Assembly (NCBI RefSeq): GCF_000008465.1
Contig: NC_006512.1
Coordinates: 1,200,001-1,232,000 of the forward strand
Origin: Idiomarina loihiensis L2TR
GTDB taxonomy: Bacteria; Pseudomonadota; Gammaproteobacteria; Enterobacterales; Alteromonadaceae
Length of the DNA: 32,000 bases
Reading direction: 5' to 3'
Part shown: one piece after another, positions 17,061 through 27,021 of the stretch
Position numbering within the stretch: the stretch's first letter is position 1
Layout of the letters: each line of letters begins with the position of its first letter
Position numbers and translations under genes: made by a program
Notes under the pieces: generated by a model
Told to the model about the DNA's origin: nothing
The model's database searches: none
The model's input: the letters and a program-made list of their open reading frames with translations, nothing else

Positions 17061-17105
17061 GGATTTTTTTGAAAAATTTTGAATTTTTTATGTGGGCTAG
17101 ATATT

Positions 17106-17143
17106 TGTTGTGTAGCCTGACATGAATGTCAGGCTACACAACA
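17106..17143. repeat. REP-like palindrome copy A (17-bp perfect stem), 5 nt after the flgL stop
   Basis: TGTTGTGTAGCCTGACA-tgaa-TGTCAGGCTACACAACA. It shares the GTAGCCTGAC / GTCAGGCTAC core with the copies at 28861, 28924, 28957 and 30811. Confidence 0.75.
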
Positions 17144-17147
17144 TTGG

Positions 17148-18362
17148 TCAGATATAATCGAACAGGCTCAAGCGGCTGATACGAGTAAACACCTGTTGAG
17201 CGGCTGAGTAGATCGTTTCATTTTTCACTAAGTCGGTCATCGCTTCGGAGTAATCTACGTCAGAAATATCCGACCGCGCCTTTTTATTCACTATTTCGAT
17301 ATCAGCGTTACTGAGTTTAGCATTGTCCATAACATTCAAACGTGCGCCCACCGATGCTTGCGTATCGGTCAGGTCACCAATGACTGTATTAAAGTCATCA
17401 AGGGCAAAGGCTATTTCGCTTTCATGGAAACCTTTACTTTCAGGCCCTGACTCTTCCAGAACGTCGGCTAAATCACCCAACTGAGTCAATAAATTACGGG
17501 AAACCGGCTCGCCTATACTGTAACTAAAAGAGTCTCCGGCTGCTGGCATATTATCTTTATCCAGCTCCAGACTCATACCGTTATATTCAACTTTACCATC
17601 AGTAATCGTTCCCGCTACCACTGGATTCACACCGTCATCAATCTCATAGGTATCCGGACCCGTAAAATTAACAGTAAAGTTCGTGGGATCACCGGCTGCA
17701 ATACGCGCTTCAGTATCGGCAATTAACGTATTACGATCGGTTACCTCTACTTTTTCAATATAGTCATTGCCACCTGTCAGTTCAAAATCGACTCGCTTAG
17801 ACACATTTGAAAACGCCTTATTCCCTGGGTCATTAGCTGGCAGATAAAGGGTTGGAGACAATTGAATAGTGCGCTGCCCCTGGTCACCAACATATTGGTA
17901 CGACTGCGTCGCATCATCAAACTCCATCGGCTTGGTTCGGTTCTGGTAACCCGCAAAAATATATTCACCCGATTCATCCTGCGCATTAGTTAAGTCGAAA
18001 ATTGAGCTCTCAATATCGCGCAATTCAGCAGCTATGGCTTTTCGGTTCGTCTGGTCGTAGCTACCATTACCCGCTTGTACCGCCAGCGTACGGGCTTTCT
18101 GAATAGCATCCGTAATGCTGTTTAATACACTTTCTTCACGGCGCAAATTGTTTTCCAAAGTTACGGAGTTACGTTCAAACTGTTCGTTCTGACCAATTTT
18201 TTCATTCAGCGCCAACACTTGCGAGTTACCAATAGGGTCGTCTGCAGGACTTAATATCTTAGTCTGCTTAGTCAGCATCAGTTGAATTCTATCTAGCTGA
18301 CTTTGTGAGGTTTGTAAGCTGTCCAGACCGCGCTGAAAAAATAAATTTGTACTTAATCGCAT
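17148..18362 (-). CDS. flgL: Flagellar hook-filament junction protein FlgL
   Basis: MRLSTNLFFQRGLDSLQTSQSQLDRIQLMLTKQTKILSPADDPIG is a flagellin-like N-terminus typical of FlgL. GAGGTAA RBS. It follows flgK by 5 nt. Confidence 0.9.
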   Translation of the reverse strand: MRLSTNLFFQRGLDSLQTSQSQLDRIQLMLTKQTKILSPADDPIGNSQVLALNEKIGQNEQFERNSVTLENNLRREESVLNSITDAIQKARTLAVQAGNGSYDQTNRKAIAAELRDIESSIFDLTNAQDESGEYIFAGYQNRTKPMEFDDATQSYQYVGDQGQRTIQLSPTLYLPANDPGNKAFSNVSKRVDFELTGGNDYIEKVEVTDRNTLIADTEARIAAGDPTNFTVNFTGPDTYEIDDGVNPVVAGTITDGKVEYNGMSLELDKDNMPAAGDSFSYSIGEPVSRNLLTQLGDLADVLEESGPESKGFHESEIAFALDDFNTVIGDLTDTQASVGARLNVMDNAKLSNADIEIVNKKARSDISDVDYSEAMTDLVKNETIYSAAQQVFTRISRLSLFDYI

Positions 18363-18367
18363 AGTAA

Positions 18368-20383
18368 TTACCTCAAGGACGTCAGCAACGTCTCAAAAAT
18401 AGCCTGTGACGTTGTAATGATTCGGGCAGACGCAGTATAAGCTTGCTGATACTGAATAAGATTAGCCGCTTCTTCTTCTAAATTCACACCCGCTTGCGAT
18501 TCATAAAGCGCCTCAGTTTGTGACCTAATTGCTTCGGCTGAATCACGCAACACTCGATTTTGGCTGACTCGACTTCCCACATCCGATACCAAACGACCGT
18601 AACTTTCATTGAAAGTCATAGTGGGCTCGGCTTCTTCACCACCAGAACGACGAACCAGCTGCTGACGCTGCAAGTCGGCCATAGACTGCCCGTTGCTGTT
18701 GTCATCAAAGCCGTTGGTGTTGTACTCAATGATGTACTCATCACCTACCGCTGGCTCGCCATTAATATCGACTTCATAGTCAGGGTCGGCTAAACCGGCT
18801 TGACTTAAAATACCGTTAAGATCGGTCGTTCCAGTAACAGTACCTATACTATTACCATCTTTATCGAAAACTTCCAGGTCATAAGCATTACCTGTCTGGC
18901 CGGTTATTTCTATACGAGCCGGAGCACTGCCAAGTAAGGTGTTATTAGCGGTATCGTAATAATCGTCCGGGGTGTTAATTGAGTTAATTTCAATACTCGC
19001 AGCACCTTGATTATCCAGCCCGTCTTTCACCCGAATAGGGTTAGCCAGAGCAATGTCTTCGGGTCTTCTTATTGCCAGGCTAATTTCAGACGCCGCACCT
19101 TCAGCCGGCTTTGCCAGGAACTGGTCGCCAGCGTTCGCAGCCCCGGAAAGATCTAAAGAAACTCCCAGCTCAACAATATCCACTGTGCCGGGCGATGCCT
19201 GAGTGACAGTAATCGTATCGGCACCACTGACGACGGTGCCGTCGCTGTTCACCGGAACTATTTCATATTCGTCCGGGTTACCTGTTTTGGTAATACGTAA
19301 ATTTTCTGACGGAAAAGATTTGCTGTTTCCTTCCAACACGCTGACGCTAATTTCGCCAGTACCGCCATTATCAGAATAAGGCAGCGCTTGTGACTCCGTT
19401 TTAGCTAGATCAAAAATTTTACTGCCTAACTGATTATCCAGGTCCATGCCTTTCTGGTTTTGAGTATTCATTGAGTCGGCAATACGAATTGCCAACTGCC
19501 CCAAACGTTTTTGGGTGGGCATTAACACTTCATCGCGATATTCCAGATAACCACCGACAGAGCCACCGACTTCATCGGTTGGCACGTAAAACTCACTGAT
19601 ACTGCCGCCGCTGTGCTCTTTTCTTAGCACCATCTCTAAGCGTTCAGTATCTGGGTTACTTTTCACTGCAACGGCATTAAAGCGACCATCTTCTAAAACC
19701 AGTGGCTGTCCATTTTTTAAATTAACAGCAATAGCACCGTTCTTTTGCTCAACCGTGCTGAACTGCACTAACTCGGCAAGCTCTCGCAATTGCTCGTCAC
19801 GCTTGTTCAACAGGGCGTTGATATTGCCATTAGCGGAGTTTTCGCCACCTGACGACTGAATTTTCGAGTTTAGCTCGGCTAAGTTTTCTGATATCGAGTT
19901 AATACGGTCAGTCGATAGCTTTAGTCTGTCGTTGATAATGCTTTTTTGATCATTTAGATAGCTGGAAAAGTCATTAAACTTAGTTACCATAGCGTCAGCT
20001 TCGGCAAGAACTAACTGCCGGGCAGTAACTGAGCCAGGGTCATTATTTGCGTCCTGTAAAGTGTTAAAAAAGCTCTCTACAGAAGATGCTACGTTAGTGG
20101 TACTGTCACCCAGTAAGGTGTCCAGCTGCTCAGCCTGTTGAAGGTTAGCTTCGTAGTAACTGACCCTGGAGATATCGGTGCGTAACTGGCGATTAGCAAA
20201 CTGATCAATCATCCGCTCCACGCGCACACGCTCAAGTCCACCGTATGAAGACTCGAAGTATTCAGTGCGCTCGCGAACATAACTGTCCGTGTTCGTATTA
20301 TTAATGTTTTTACCGGTGGTTTGCAGGCTTTGCTGATGCGCTAATATGCCGTTCTTACCGATATTTAATAAGTCAAAACTCAT
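18368..20383 (-). CDS. flgK: Flagellar hook-filament junction protein FlgK (671 aa)
   Basis: ATG 20383 (GGAGA upstream) gives MSFDLLNIGKNGILAHQQSLQTTGKNINNTNTDSYVRE. The C-terminus is LEEEAANLIQYQQAYTASARIITTSQAIFETLL. The track start at 20428 would run through the sigma28 promoter. Confidence 0.9.
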   Translation of the reverse strand: MSFDLLNIGKNGILAHQQSLQTTGKNINNTNTDSYVRERTEYFESSYGGLERVRVERMIDQFANRQLRTDISRVSYYEANLQQAEQLDTLLGDSTTNVASSVESFFNTLQDANNDPGSVTARQLVLAEADAMVTKFNDFSSYLNDQKSIINDRLKLSTDRINSISENLAELNSKIQSSGGENSANGNINALLNKRDEQLRELAELVQFSTVEQKNGAIAVNLKNGQPLVLEDGRFNAVAVKSNPDTERLEMVLRKEHSGGSISEFYVPTDEVGGSVGGYLEYRDEVLMPTQKRLGQLAIRIADSMNTQNQKGMDLDNQLGSKIFDLAKTESQALPYSDNGGTGEISVSVLEGNSKSFPSENLRITKTGNPDEYEIVPVNSDGTVVSGADTITVTQASPGTVDIVELGVSLDLSGAANAGDQFLAKPAEGAASEISLAIRRPEDIALANPIRVKDGLDNQGAASIEINSINTPDDYYDTANNTLLGSAPARIEITGQTGNAYDLEVFDKDGNSIGTVTGTTDLNGILSQAGLADPDYEVDINGEPAVGDEYIIEYNTNGFDDNSNGQSMADLQRQQLVRRSGGEEAEPTMTFNESYGRLVSDVGSRVSQNRVLRDSAEAIRSQTEALYESQAGVNLEEEAANLIQYQQAYTASARIITTSQAIFETLLTSLR

Positions 20384-20411
20384 TAATGACTCTCCAGTTA
20401 CTCTGTGACCG

Positions 20412-20438
20412 TTATCGGCACCTAGCAAATATTATTTA
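20412..20438 (-). promoter_or_regulatory. Sigma28-type promoter for flgK-flgL
   Basis: The minus strand reads TAAATAAT-N11-GCCGATAA, with a perfect -10 element, about 30 nt upstream of the flgK ATG. Confidence 0.7.
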
Positions 20439-20442
20439 GTAT

Positions 20443-20464
20443 AGGCGGCAATTTTTTGCCGCCT
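20443..20464 (-). terminator. Hairpin after flgJ (possible partial terminator or attenuator)
   Basis: AGGCGGCAA-aaaa-TTGCCGCCT on the minus strand, followed by A/T-rich sequence but no clean T-run. Confidence 0.4.
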
Positions 20465-20473
20465 GCGGCACCA

Positions 20474-21451
20474 CTAAATTTCTTTATCTACAAAAGCCGG
20501 GTTGTTTAACACCGACTGAATCTTCTGTGCATATTGAGGGTCGGTTGCGTAACCCGCACTTTGTAAAGCCTCCGCATACTGAGCCGGATCATCAGCTACT
20601 TGTAGGGCCTGCTGGTAACGCGGATGCTCCTTTATAAAGTCAACGTAGTCCTGCAAGCTCTGTTCCACATTAGCGTATGAACGAAACGCTGCGCGCTCTT
20701 TGCGGGCGACTTCACCATCGAACTCCAGGGTGCTGACATGAGACTTGTCACCGTCCCAGCGCGTATCCGCTTTAATGTTGAACAGGTTGTTACTGGAACC
20801 GCCGTGACGCCCTGGTACCAAACGCTTGCCCCAGCCGGTTTCCAGTGCCGCCTGTGCCATCAGAACATCCGGATTTAAACCGGCTTCTTTGGCGATTTTC
20901 TCGGCATGAGGCTTTAGCGCAGCAATAAAGCTTTGCGGGGAATTAAAAGTCGCATCGCCATCGCTCAGCTTGGCGGTATTCACTCGCTGATTCCCGTAAT
21001 ACAGACCCGCATCAATGCCGCCCTGGTCACTGACTTTCTGCGAGGCGCTGTTCATGTCGGCGCGGTTTTTCATGCGCGGGTCGTCGAGGTTCGCGCCATT
21101 GCGATTCATTGACGCCGGAACATAACTGTCGTCACCGCCTAACTGCTTTACCATCAACTCAGCCAAGCCCAGGGTTCCCTGGCTGGACAGTTCTGAAGTC
21201 AGCTGCTGGTCATACATATCGCGGTACATATTGGTGTAACGACTGTCCAATAAATTGTCTTTCTCAAACACCGCATTGGCCTTACGCATACTGCCCATGA
21301 CCATGTTCAGAAATATGGCTTCAAACTGCTGCGCGGCTTCCATCAGCGCTTCTTTATCACCTGGTTTAAACGCACGCTGACGCAGCCCGTCCAGGCTGTG
21401 CGTATCCATAGCGTGTTGCGCTTGTTTTAGATGAGAATCTGAAACCGTCAT
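20474..21451 (-). CDS. flgJ: Flagellar rod-assembly protein / peptidoglycan hydrolase FlgJ
   Basis: The N-terminal rod-binding region reads AAQQFEAIFLNMVMGSMRKA. The C-terminal glucosaminidase domain reads LMAQAALETGWGK...NNLFNIKA...FRSYANVEQSLQDYVDFI. Confidence 0.9.
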   Translation of the reverse strand: MTVSDSHLKQAQHAMDTHSLDGLRQRAFKPGDKEALMEAAQQFEAIFLNMVMGSMRKANAVFEKDNLLDSRYTNMYRDMYDQQLTSELSSQGTLGLAELMVKQLGGDDSYVPASMNRNGANLDDPRMKNRADMNSASQKVSDQGGIDAGLYYGNQRVNTAKLSDGDATFNSPQSFIAALKPHAEKIAKEAGLNPDVLMAQAALETGWGKRLVPGRHGGSSNNLFNIKADTRWDGDKSHVSTLEFDGEVARKERAAFRSYANVEQSLQDYVDFIKEHPRYQQALQVADDPAQYAEALQSAGYATDPQYAQKIQSVLNNPAFVDKEI

Positions 21452-21465
21452 AATATTAACTGCCG

Positions 21466-22566
21466 TTAAATAACGATGAGTTCACCGGATAATGCACCGG
21501 CCTGCTTTAATGCTTCCAGCACGGCAATCATGTCGCCCGGGGCGGCACCAATTTGATTCACCGCTCGCACTAAATCATTCAATGTTGTACCCGGCTGGAA
21601 TACAAACATGCGTGCATCTTCCTGATTTACGTCAATAATGCTCTGAGGAGTAATCGCTGTTTCGCCATCGGCGAATGGATTCGGCTGATCGACGTTCACA
21701 TTCTCAGCAATGGTAACCTGCATGTTACCGTGAGCCACGGCTGCCGGTCTCAACTCGACGTTCTGACCCACGACAATGGTGCCGGTACGCGCGTTCACAA
21801 TGATTTTCGCTGACGCAGATGCCTGCTGAACTTCCAGATTTTCAAGCGTCGACATATAGCTTACGCGTTGGCTTAAATCTCGGGGAGCTCGCACCCGAAC
21901 CGAAGTCGCATCAACGGCCTGGGCTGTACCATCGCCAACTAAATTGTTAATGGTTTCAGCCATGCGCTTCGCGGTCGTGAAATCGGACTGATGCAAATTA
22001 AAGGTAAGATAATCGGAAGAGCCAAAGCCAGAGCGCACTTCACGCTCAACAACGCCACCATTAGGAATACGACCGACAGTCGGCGTATTAATAACTATAC
22101 GAGAGCCGTCGTTACCTTCAGCCCCCAGGCCACCTACAATAAGACTGCCCTGCGCTACCGCATAAACTTCCCCATTGGCGCCTTTTAAAAAAGTCTGCAT
22201 CAAAGTGCCGCCGGTCAGACCATCGGCGCTGCCGACAGAAGACACCGTCACATCAATTTTTTGTCCGGGTTTAGCAAAGGCCGGTAACTCCGCATGCACG
22301 GCAACTGCCGCGACATTATCAATTTTTGGACGTTCATTTGCCGGAATATTAATACCGAAGTTGCCCAGCATGGTACGGAAAGTCTGATCGGTGAAAGGCG
22401 TTTGTTCTCCGGTACCAGGCAGACCGACTACTAAACCATAACCAATTAGTTGGTTAGAACGAACTCCCTGAACCGAAGCAATGTCTTTTATACGCGAAGC
22501 CTGTACCGGTGCCGCAAGCATTGACAATAAACTTACCGCCAGCGCAAAAATTTTAAGCGTTCTCAT
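21466..22566 (-). CDS. flgI: Flagellar P-ring protein FlgI
   Basis: Signal peptide ...LAAPVQA|[31 protein letters not shown]. The C-terminus reads [35 protein letters not shown]. Confidence 0.95.
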   Translation of the reverse strand: MRTLKIFALAVSLLSMLAAPVQASRIKDIASVQGVRSNQLIGYGLVVGLPGTGEQTPFTDQTFRTMLGNFGINIPANERPKIDNVAAVAVHAELPAFAKPGQKIDVTVSSVGSADGLTGGTLMQTFLKGANGEVYAVAQGSLIVGGLGAEGNDGSRIVINTPTVGRIPNGGVVEREVRSGFGSSDYLTFNLHQSDFTTAKRMAETINNLVGDGTAQAVDATSVRVRAPRDLSQRVSYMSTLENLEVQQASASAKIIVNARTGTIVVGQNVELRPAAVAHGNMQVTIAENVNVDQPNPFADGETAITPQSIIDVNQEDARMFVFQPGTTLNDLVRAVNQIGAAPGDMIAVLEALKQAGALSGELIVI

Positions 22567-22576
22567 ACCTTACTCC

Positions 22577-23251
22577 TTAGAATGGCCATATCGGGCTGTT
22601 AAAGAAGCGAGTTAACCACCCCTGCTCCTGAACCTGAGCCAGACTACCGGTACCCGAGTATTCAATGCGCGCATTGGCGACACGGGTTGACGGGATTTGG
22701 TTTGCTGCTGTTATATCCTGGGGACGGATCATGCCGGTTAAACGAATGTACTCGTCACCCGTATTAATGCGCATCCACTTTTCACCACGAACAATTAAGT
22801 TACCGTTTGGCAGCACTTTTATAACTGTTACGGTAATTTCACCATTCAACTGATTACTTTGGTCTGAGCTGCCGTCACCACTGAATTCTCGAGTGCCATT
22901 AATACCGGCAGACAGCGGATTACCGCCGACGGTAATATTACGTCCAAACGCCGTGGGTGCAGCTAATTCAGCTGTACTCTCTTTTGATGTTTCCGTTGTA
23001 GCCGTTTTGCTGGCTGTCGTTTGTTCCCGCAAAGTGACCGTAATAATGTCACCTAACCGGCGAGCTTTAATATCGGAATACAAATTATCCGCGTAAGCAT
23101 CCTGAAACAGAGAACCCGTTGGCACCACAGGCTGAGCACGCTCTTCCGGCAATACGGGTGCGTAATATGGGTCATCCGGCATGGGTTTATGCGGCGTTTG
23201 CACACAACCGGCTAAAACCAATGCGGTTAAAGAGAAAAGTAAAGAACGCAT
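22577..23251 (-). CDS. flgH: Flagellar L-ring lipoprotein FlgH
   Basis: Lipobox LVLAGC. Conserved SLFQD...ARRLGDIITVTL and ITVTVIKVLPNGNLIVRGEK motifs. Confidence 0.93.
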   Translation of the reverse strand: MRSLLFSLTALVLAGCVQTPHKPMPDDPYYAPVLPEERAQPVVPTGSLFQDAYADNLYSDIKARRLGDIITVTLREQTTASKTATTETSKESTAELAAPTAFGRNITVGGNPLSAGINGTREFSGDGSSDQSNQLNGEITVTVIKVLPNGNLIVRGEKWMRINTGDEYIRLTGMIRPQDITAANQIPSTRVANARIEYSGTGSLAQVQEQGWLTRFFNSPIWPF

Positions 23252-23285
23252 AAAGTCACCCGCTATTATTTAATGACGACAACAA

Positions 23286-24074
23286 TTAAAGCTGCTGGTT
23301 AATGTAACTCAGCATCTGATCCACAGACGAAATCACTTTAGAATTCATCTCGTAGCCGCGCTGGCTCTCAATTAAGTTCACCAACTCTTCAGTCACATTC
23401 ACATTCGAAGTTTCCAGCGCGCCCTGAATGGTGTTACCCATTCCGTCAACACCCGGAACCGCCTCTAAAGGAGCACCACTTACTGCGGTTTCTTTATAAA
23501 GGTTCTGTCCCATAGGTTGTAAACCGGCCGGGTTAATAAAGTTAACCAGGTTAATCTGACCAACCACTACGTTATCCGGGTTACCAGGCTGCGTAACAGT
23601 AACCTCACCTTCTTGTGAAATACTGACCGACATAGCGTCTTCCGGTATCTGAATAGCAGGCTCAATGGTATAACCATTACCCGAAGTCACAATTTCCCCT
23701 TCTTCATTTAAAGAAAATTGACCATTACGGGTATAGGAAATATTGCCATCCGGCATTAGCACCTGAAAGAAACCTTTTCCGTCAATCATCACATCAAGCG
23801 AATTGTCGGTGGTCTGCACGTTGCCCTGGGTATGAGACTTTTGCGTTGCAACAACTTTGGTACCGGCGCCCAGCATTAAACCATTAGGTAATTCGGTGTC
23901 CTGTGCAGACTGACCGCCCGGCTGGTTAATATTCTGGTACAGCAAGTCTTCAAACACTGCCCGACTCTTTTTAAAGCCAATAGTGCTGGAGTTCGCCAGG
24001 TTGTTGGAAATAACTGAAATATCGCGCTGCTGCGCGTCCAATCCGGTTTTACTTATCCATAATGCTGGGTTCAT
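23286..24074 (-). CDS. flgG: Flagellar distal rod protein FlgG
   Basis: MNPALWISKTGLDAQQRDISVISNNLANSSTIGFKKSRAVFEDLLYQ. The C-terminus reads LETSNVNVTEELVNLIESQRGYEMNSKVI. Confidence 0.95.
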   Translation of the reverse strand: MNPALWISKTGLDAQQRDISVISNNLANSSTIGFKKSRAVFEDLLYQNINQPGGQSAQDTELPNGLMLGAGTKVVATQKSHTQGNVQTTDNSLDVMIDGKGFFQVLMPDGNISYTRNGQFSLNEEGEIVTSGNGYTIEPAIQIPEDAMSVSISQEGEVTVTQPGNPDNVVVGQINLVNFINPAGLQPMGQNLYKETAVSGAPLEAVPGVDGMGNTIQGALETSNVNVTEELVNLIESQRGYEMNSKVISSVDQMLSYINQQL

Positions 24075-24095
24075 GGTCTTTCTCCTGGGCTAAAC

Positions 24096-24839
24096 TTAGC
24101 TCATTCTCATCAGCGACTCAGAACGCTGAGCATTCTCGTCGGCCGTTTTCATTAATTTGACGTTCATTTCATACTGGCGCTGCAAGGCAATCATGTGCGT
24201 CATTTCTTCGACACTATTTACATTACTGCCTTCCAGAGCGCCAATTTGCAGTTTTACGTTGGCATCGGCGAAAGCTTGTTGGTCGTCTTTTAACTTAAAC
24301 AGGCCATCGTTGCCTTTTTCCATATTACCGTTCGGCGGGTTTACTAATTTAATGCGGTCAATCACTTCCATCGCGTTCGCCGGAGCTCCCATCGGACGTA
24401 TAGAGACATTCCCGTTCGCTCCAATAACCAGATTATCTATCGGCATAGGAACAAATATGGGGCCGTTATTGCCGAGCACTGTCTGCCCTGTTGAGTTTTT
24501 CAACAAGCCATCAGTGCCGACTTCAAGGCTACCATTGCGGGTATAACGTTCATTACCGCTGCCATCGTCGACTGCAATCCAGCCCTGATCTTTAATGGCA
24601 ACATCCATGTTCCGGCCGGTTGTTTGTATTGCTCCACTGGCAAAATTTTGCCCGGGGCTTTCCGTCATAGAAAATACCCGAGTTGGCAAACCTTCACCAA
24701 AGGCCTGCATGGCCCGCGCCTGTTGCAAGTCGCCTTTAAACGCCGTGGTATTGGCGTTAGCTAAGTTGTTGGCACGAACAGCGACGGCGTTCATATTTTC
24801 CTTCGCGCCGCTCATTGCTACCCATAGCATCTTGTCCAT
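24096..24839 (-). CDS. flgF: Flagellar proximal rod protein FlgF
   Basis: MDKMLWVAMSGAKENMNAVAVRANNLANANTTAFK. The C-terminus reads LEGSNVNSVEEMTHMIALQRQYEMNVKLM. Confidence 0.93.
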   Translation of the reverse strand: MDKMLWVAMSGAKENMNAVAVRANNLANANTTAFKGDLQQARAMQAFGEGLPTRVFSMTESPGQNFASGAIQTTGRNMDVAIKDQGWIAVDDGSGNERYTRNGSLEVGTDGLLKNSTGQTVLGNNGPIFVPMPIDNLVIGANGNVSIRPMGAPANAMEVIDRIKLVNPPNGNMEKGNDGLFKLKDDQQAFADANVKLQIGALEGSNVNSVEEMTHMIALQRQYEMNVKLMKTADENAQRSESLMRMS

Positions 24840-24888
24840 AGCTGACCTCCAGCCAAAATTTTGTCATCTGCGGTTTATTATTAAGACA

Positions 24889-24906
24889 ATGCAGATTTCG
24901 TGCCAA
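24889..24906 (-). promoter_or_regulatory. Sigma54 promoter for flgFGHIJ
   Basis: The minus strand reads TTGGCAC-gaaat-CTGCAT, with correct GG-N10-GC spacing, about 50 nt upstream of the flgF ATG. Confidence 0.65.
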
Positions 24907-24937
24907 AAACAAAAAAGACGCCCGAAGGCGTCTTTTT
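24904..24937 (-). terminator. Intrinsic terminator after flgE
   Basis: The minus strand reads AAGACGCC-ttcg-GGCGTCTT followed by TTTTTTGTTTTTG, about 20 nt after the flgE stop. An A-run on the other side makes it formally bidirectional. Confidence 0.75.
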
Positions 24938-24958
24938 AAGCTAATAACCGAGAAGTTA

Positions 24959-26308
24959 TTATCGAATCTGAAGAATCGTCTGGTTAATGGTGTTGTTAAC
25001 TTCTAACGAACGCGAGTTCGCCTGGAAGTTACGCTGGGCGGTAATCAAATCAACCAGTTCTTTGGTCAGATTAACGTTAGAGTTTTCCAGCGCTGAAGCT
25101 TCAATACCACCGAAAGTTCCGGTATTTGCTTCACCAGAAAGCGGCTCGCCAGAGTCAATACTTTCACGCCACTTGGTACCGCCAATTTGCGTTAAGCCCT
25201 GCTCATTGGCAAAGCGAACAATAGCAACCTGGCCTAAGTATTGAACATCACCATTTGAGTAGGTTGCCGCAATAAGACCTGACTTGTCGATATCAACGTT
25301 AGTCAGACGGCCTACGGTGCTACCGTCCTGATCCAAAGCAGTTACTTCAAAATCTGACGCAAACTGAGTCGGCGTTGTGGTTCCTGTTAAATCCTGAAAG
25401 TTAAACTGGATAGTTTGCGCATCAGCACCATTATTCAGGTACGGGTCGCCATCAACGTTGTTGCCTGACAAGTCGATTGAGCCTGGGTCAAAAGTATTCT
25501 GGCCTGCCGCGACATCCGGATCACCACTGCCTAAAAACTCTACTCGTAAACCGGCATAACCATTGACCGACGCATCCGGCGAGGCTGTTGCTGTGCCTGT
25601 AGGAGTCATGTCAATTTCGTCACCATCAAAAGTCGCGTAGACATCCCACTGGTTATTATCGCGCTTCACATAATAAGTAGACAACGTATGCGATTCACCT
25701 AATGAATCATAAACGGTAGCCGATGTAGAACTTTGGTAAGTACTTGGTGTTTCCGGATCAAACGGATTCGCTGCGCCATCAATTGGCGAACGACGCGCAT
25801 CGACGTTAAATGCGGTAAATACATTATCAGTGCTTTGCGGCGCACCGGCGACATCAGGAATACGAATTGGCTGAGTGGTTGCCAAAGCAACTGAGGAGTT
25901 AGTGCCGCTATTACGGTCAACCTGATACCCTTGCAAATAGTTACCCTGGTTATCCACAATAAACTTATCGTCGTTCAGTTTGAACGCTCCTGAGCGCGTG
26001 TAAGTCATATCGCGAGAGCCTAAACCGTCTGTAGTGGCAAAAAAGCCGTTGCCTGAAATCGCCATATCCAGCGAGTTTTCCGTGAACTCTAATGTGCCCT
26101 GACTAAACTGCTGAGCCACTGATGACGTCAAAACACCGTCACCCACTTTCGTATTACCGGCGTTGAAAATACTGGTCGCATAAACGTCAGCGAATTCCGC
26201 ACGCGACTGTTTAAAGCCGGACGTTTTTACGTTTGAAATATTATTAGCGGTTACATCTAGATCTTTCTGAGATGCGTTGATACCGCTGAGTGCAATTTTA
26301 AATGACAT
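24959..26308 (-). CDS. flgE: Flagellar hook protein FlgE
   Basis: MSFKIALSGINASQKDLDVTANNISNVKTSGFKQSRAEFADVY. The C-terminus reads LENSNVNLTKELVDLITAQRNFQANSRSLEV. Confidence 0.93.
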   Translation of the reverse strand: MSFKIALSGINASQKDLDVTANNISNVKTSGFKQSRAEFADVYATSIFNAGNTKVGDGVLTSSVAQQFSQGTLEFTENSLDMAISGNGFFATTDGLGSRDMTYTRSGAFKLNDDKFIVDNQGNYLQGYQVDRNSGTNSSVALATTQPIRIPDVAGAPQSTDNVFTAFNVDARRSPIDGAANPFDPETPSTYQSSTSATVYDSLGESHTLSTYYVKRDNNQWDVYATFDGDEIDMTPTGTATASPDASVNGYAGLRVEFLGSGDPDVAAGQNTFDPGSIDLSGNNVDGDPYLNNGADAQTIQFNFQDLTGTTTPTQFASDFEVTALDQDGSTVGRLTNVDIDKSGLIAATYSNGDVQYLGQVAIVRFANEQGLTQIGGTKWRESIDSGEPLSGEANTGTFGGIEASALENSNVNLTKELVDLITAQRNFQANSRSLEVNNTINQTILQIR

Positions 26309-26323
26309 AAGTCACCTCTCTTG

Positions 26324-27007
26324 TTAGCTAATTTCAGTTACATCAGAAAGCTTGATGCCACCTAATCCTTTAAGATTCAAAACCACACCGCGGTCACCGC
26401 CGGTGCTGACACTTTGTACACGAGCGTGCATCTGTATAGGCAATTCTTCAGTTTTGCCACCAACTTGAGCATTCACCGAGAACGAATAATTACCAGCAGG
26501 CGCTTCGTCGCCGTTAGCCATTTTTCCATCCCACTCAAACTCTTTCGTGCCCTGGGGCATATCGCCAATCTCAATGGTCTTGACCGTAGCACCGGTTGAG
26601 TCCTTGATATTAATCTTCACGTTTTGTGCAGACTGGGGGGTTGCAATCATGCCTGTTACGCCGGCTCCGGTTTCCAGGTTAGCCTGGTCAGTCGGTACCA
26701 ACACTTTACGCCCGACCATAGTTGACGCTTGCAACGCCTGATTTGACGTCATATCACTGGCGAACTGGTCAAAACGCTCTGAAAGCCCGGTTATTCCCTC
26801 TGCCATAGTAAAGTTGGTCATCTGAGCAATCATCTGGTCATTTTCGACCGGCTTAGACGGGTCCTGCATGCTAAGCTGCTCGGTTAACAGCCTGAAAAAA
26901 TCTTCCTGCTCAAGCTTGCTCCGCTCATCTGGATCAGCATATCTGGCATCGTCTTCCTTCTTCCATTTCATATCATCTATATAGGAATTACTGCTTACGC
27001 CTTCCAT
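26324..27007 (-). CDS. flgD: Flagellar hook capping/assembly protein FlgD
   Basis: EDFFRLLTEQLSMQDPSKPVENDQMIAQMTNFTMAEG is the FlgD N-domain. The C-terminal Ig-like/FlgD-Tudor region includes GTKEFEWDGKMANGDEAPAGNYSFSV. Confidence 0.9.
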   Translation of the reverse strand: MEGVSSNSYIDDMKWKKEDDARYADPDERSKLEQEDFFRLLTEQLSMQDPSKPVENDQMIAQMTNFTMAEGITGLSERFDQFASDMTSNQALQASTMVGRKVLVPTDQANLETGAGVTGMIATPQSAQNVKINIKDSTGATVKTIEIGDMPQGTKEFEWDGKMANGDEAPAGNYSFSVNAQVGGKTEELPIQMHARVQSVSTGGDRGVVLNLKGLGGIKLSDVTEIS

Positions 27008-27021
27008 TTGTTATCTCCTGC

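Noticed and set aside
24157-24939. Plus-strand ORFs of 129 aa and 114 aa antisense to flgF, plus similar antisense ORFs in ispH (5412-5741), ileS (6882-7199, 8900-9247), flagellin (16041-16361) and flgK (18560-18793)
   Set aside because: All are fully embedded opposite strongly conserved genes. Their sequences are low-complexity or junk-like, and they have no translation signals.
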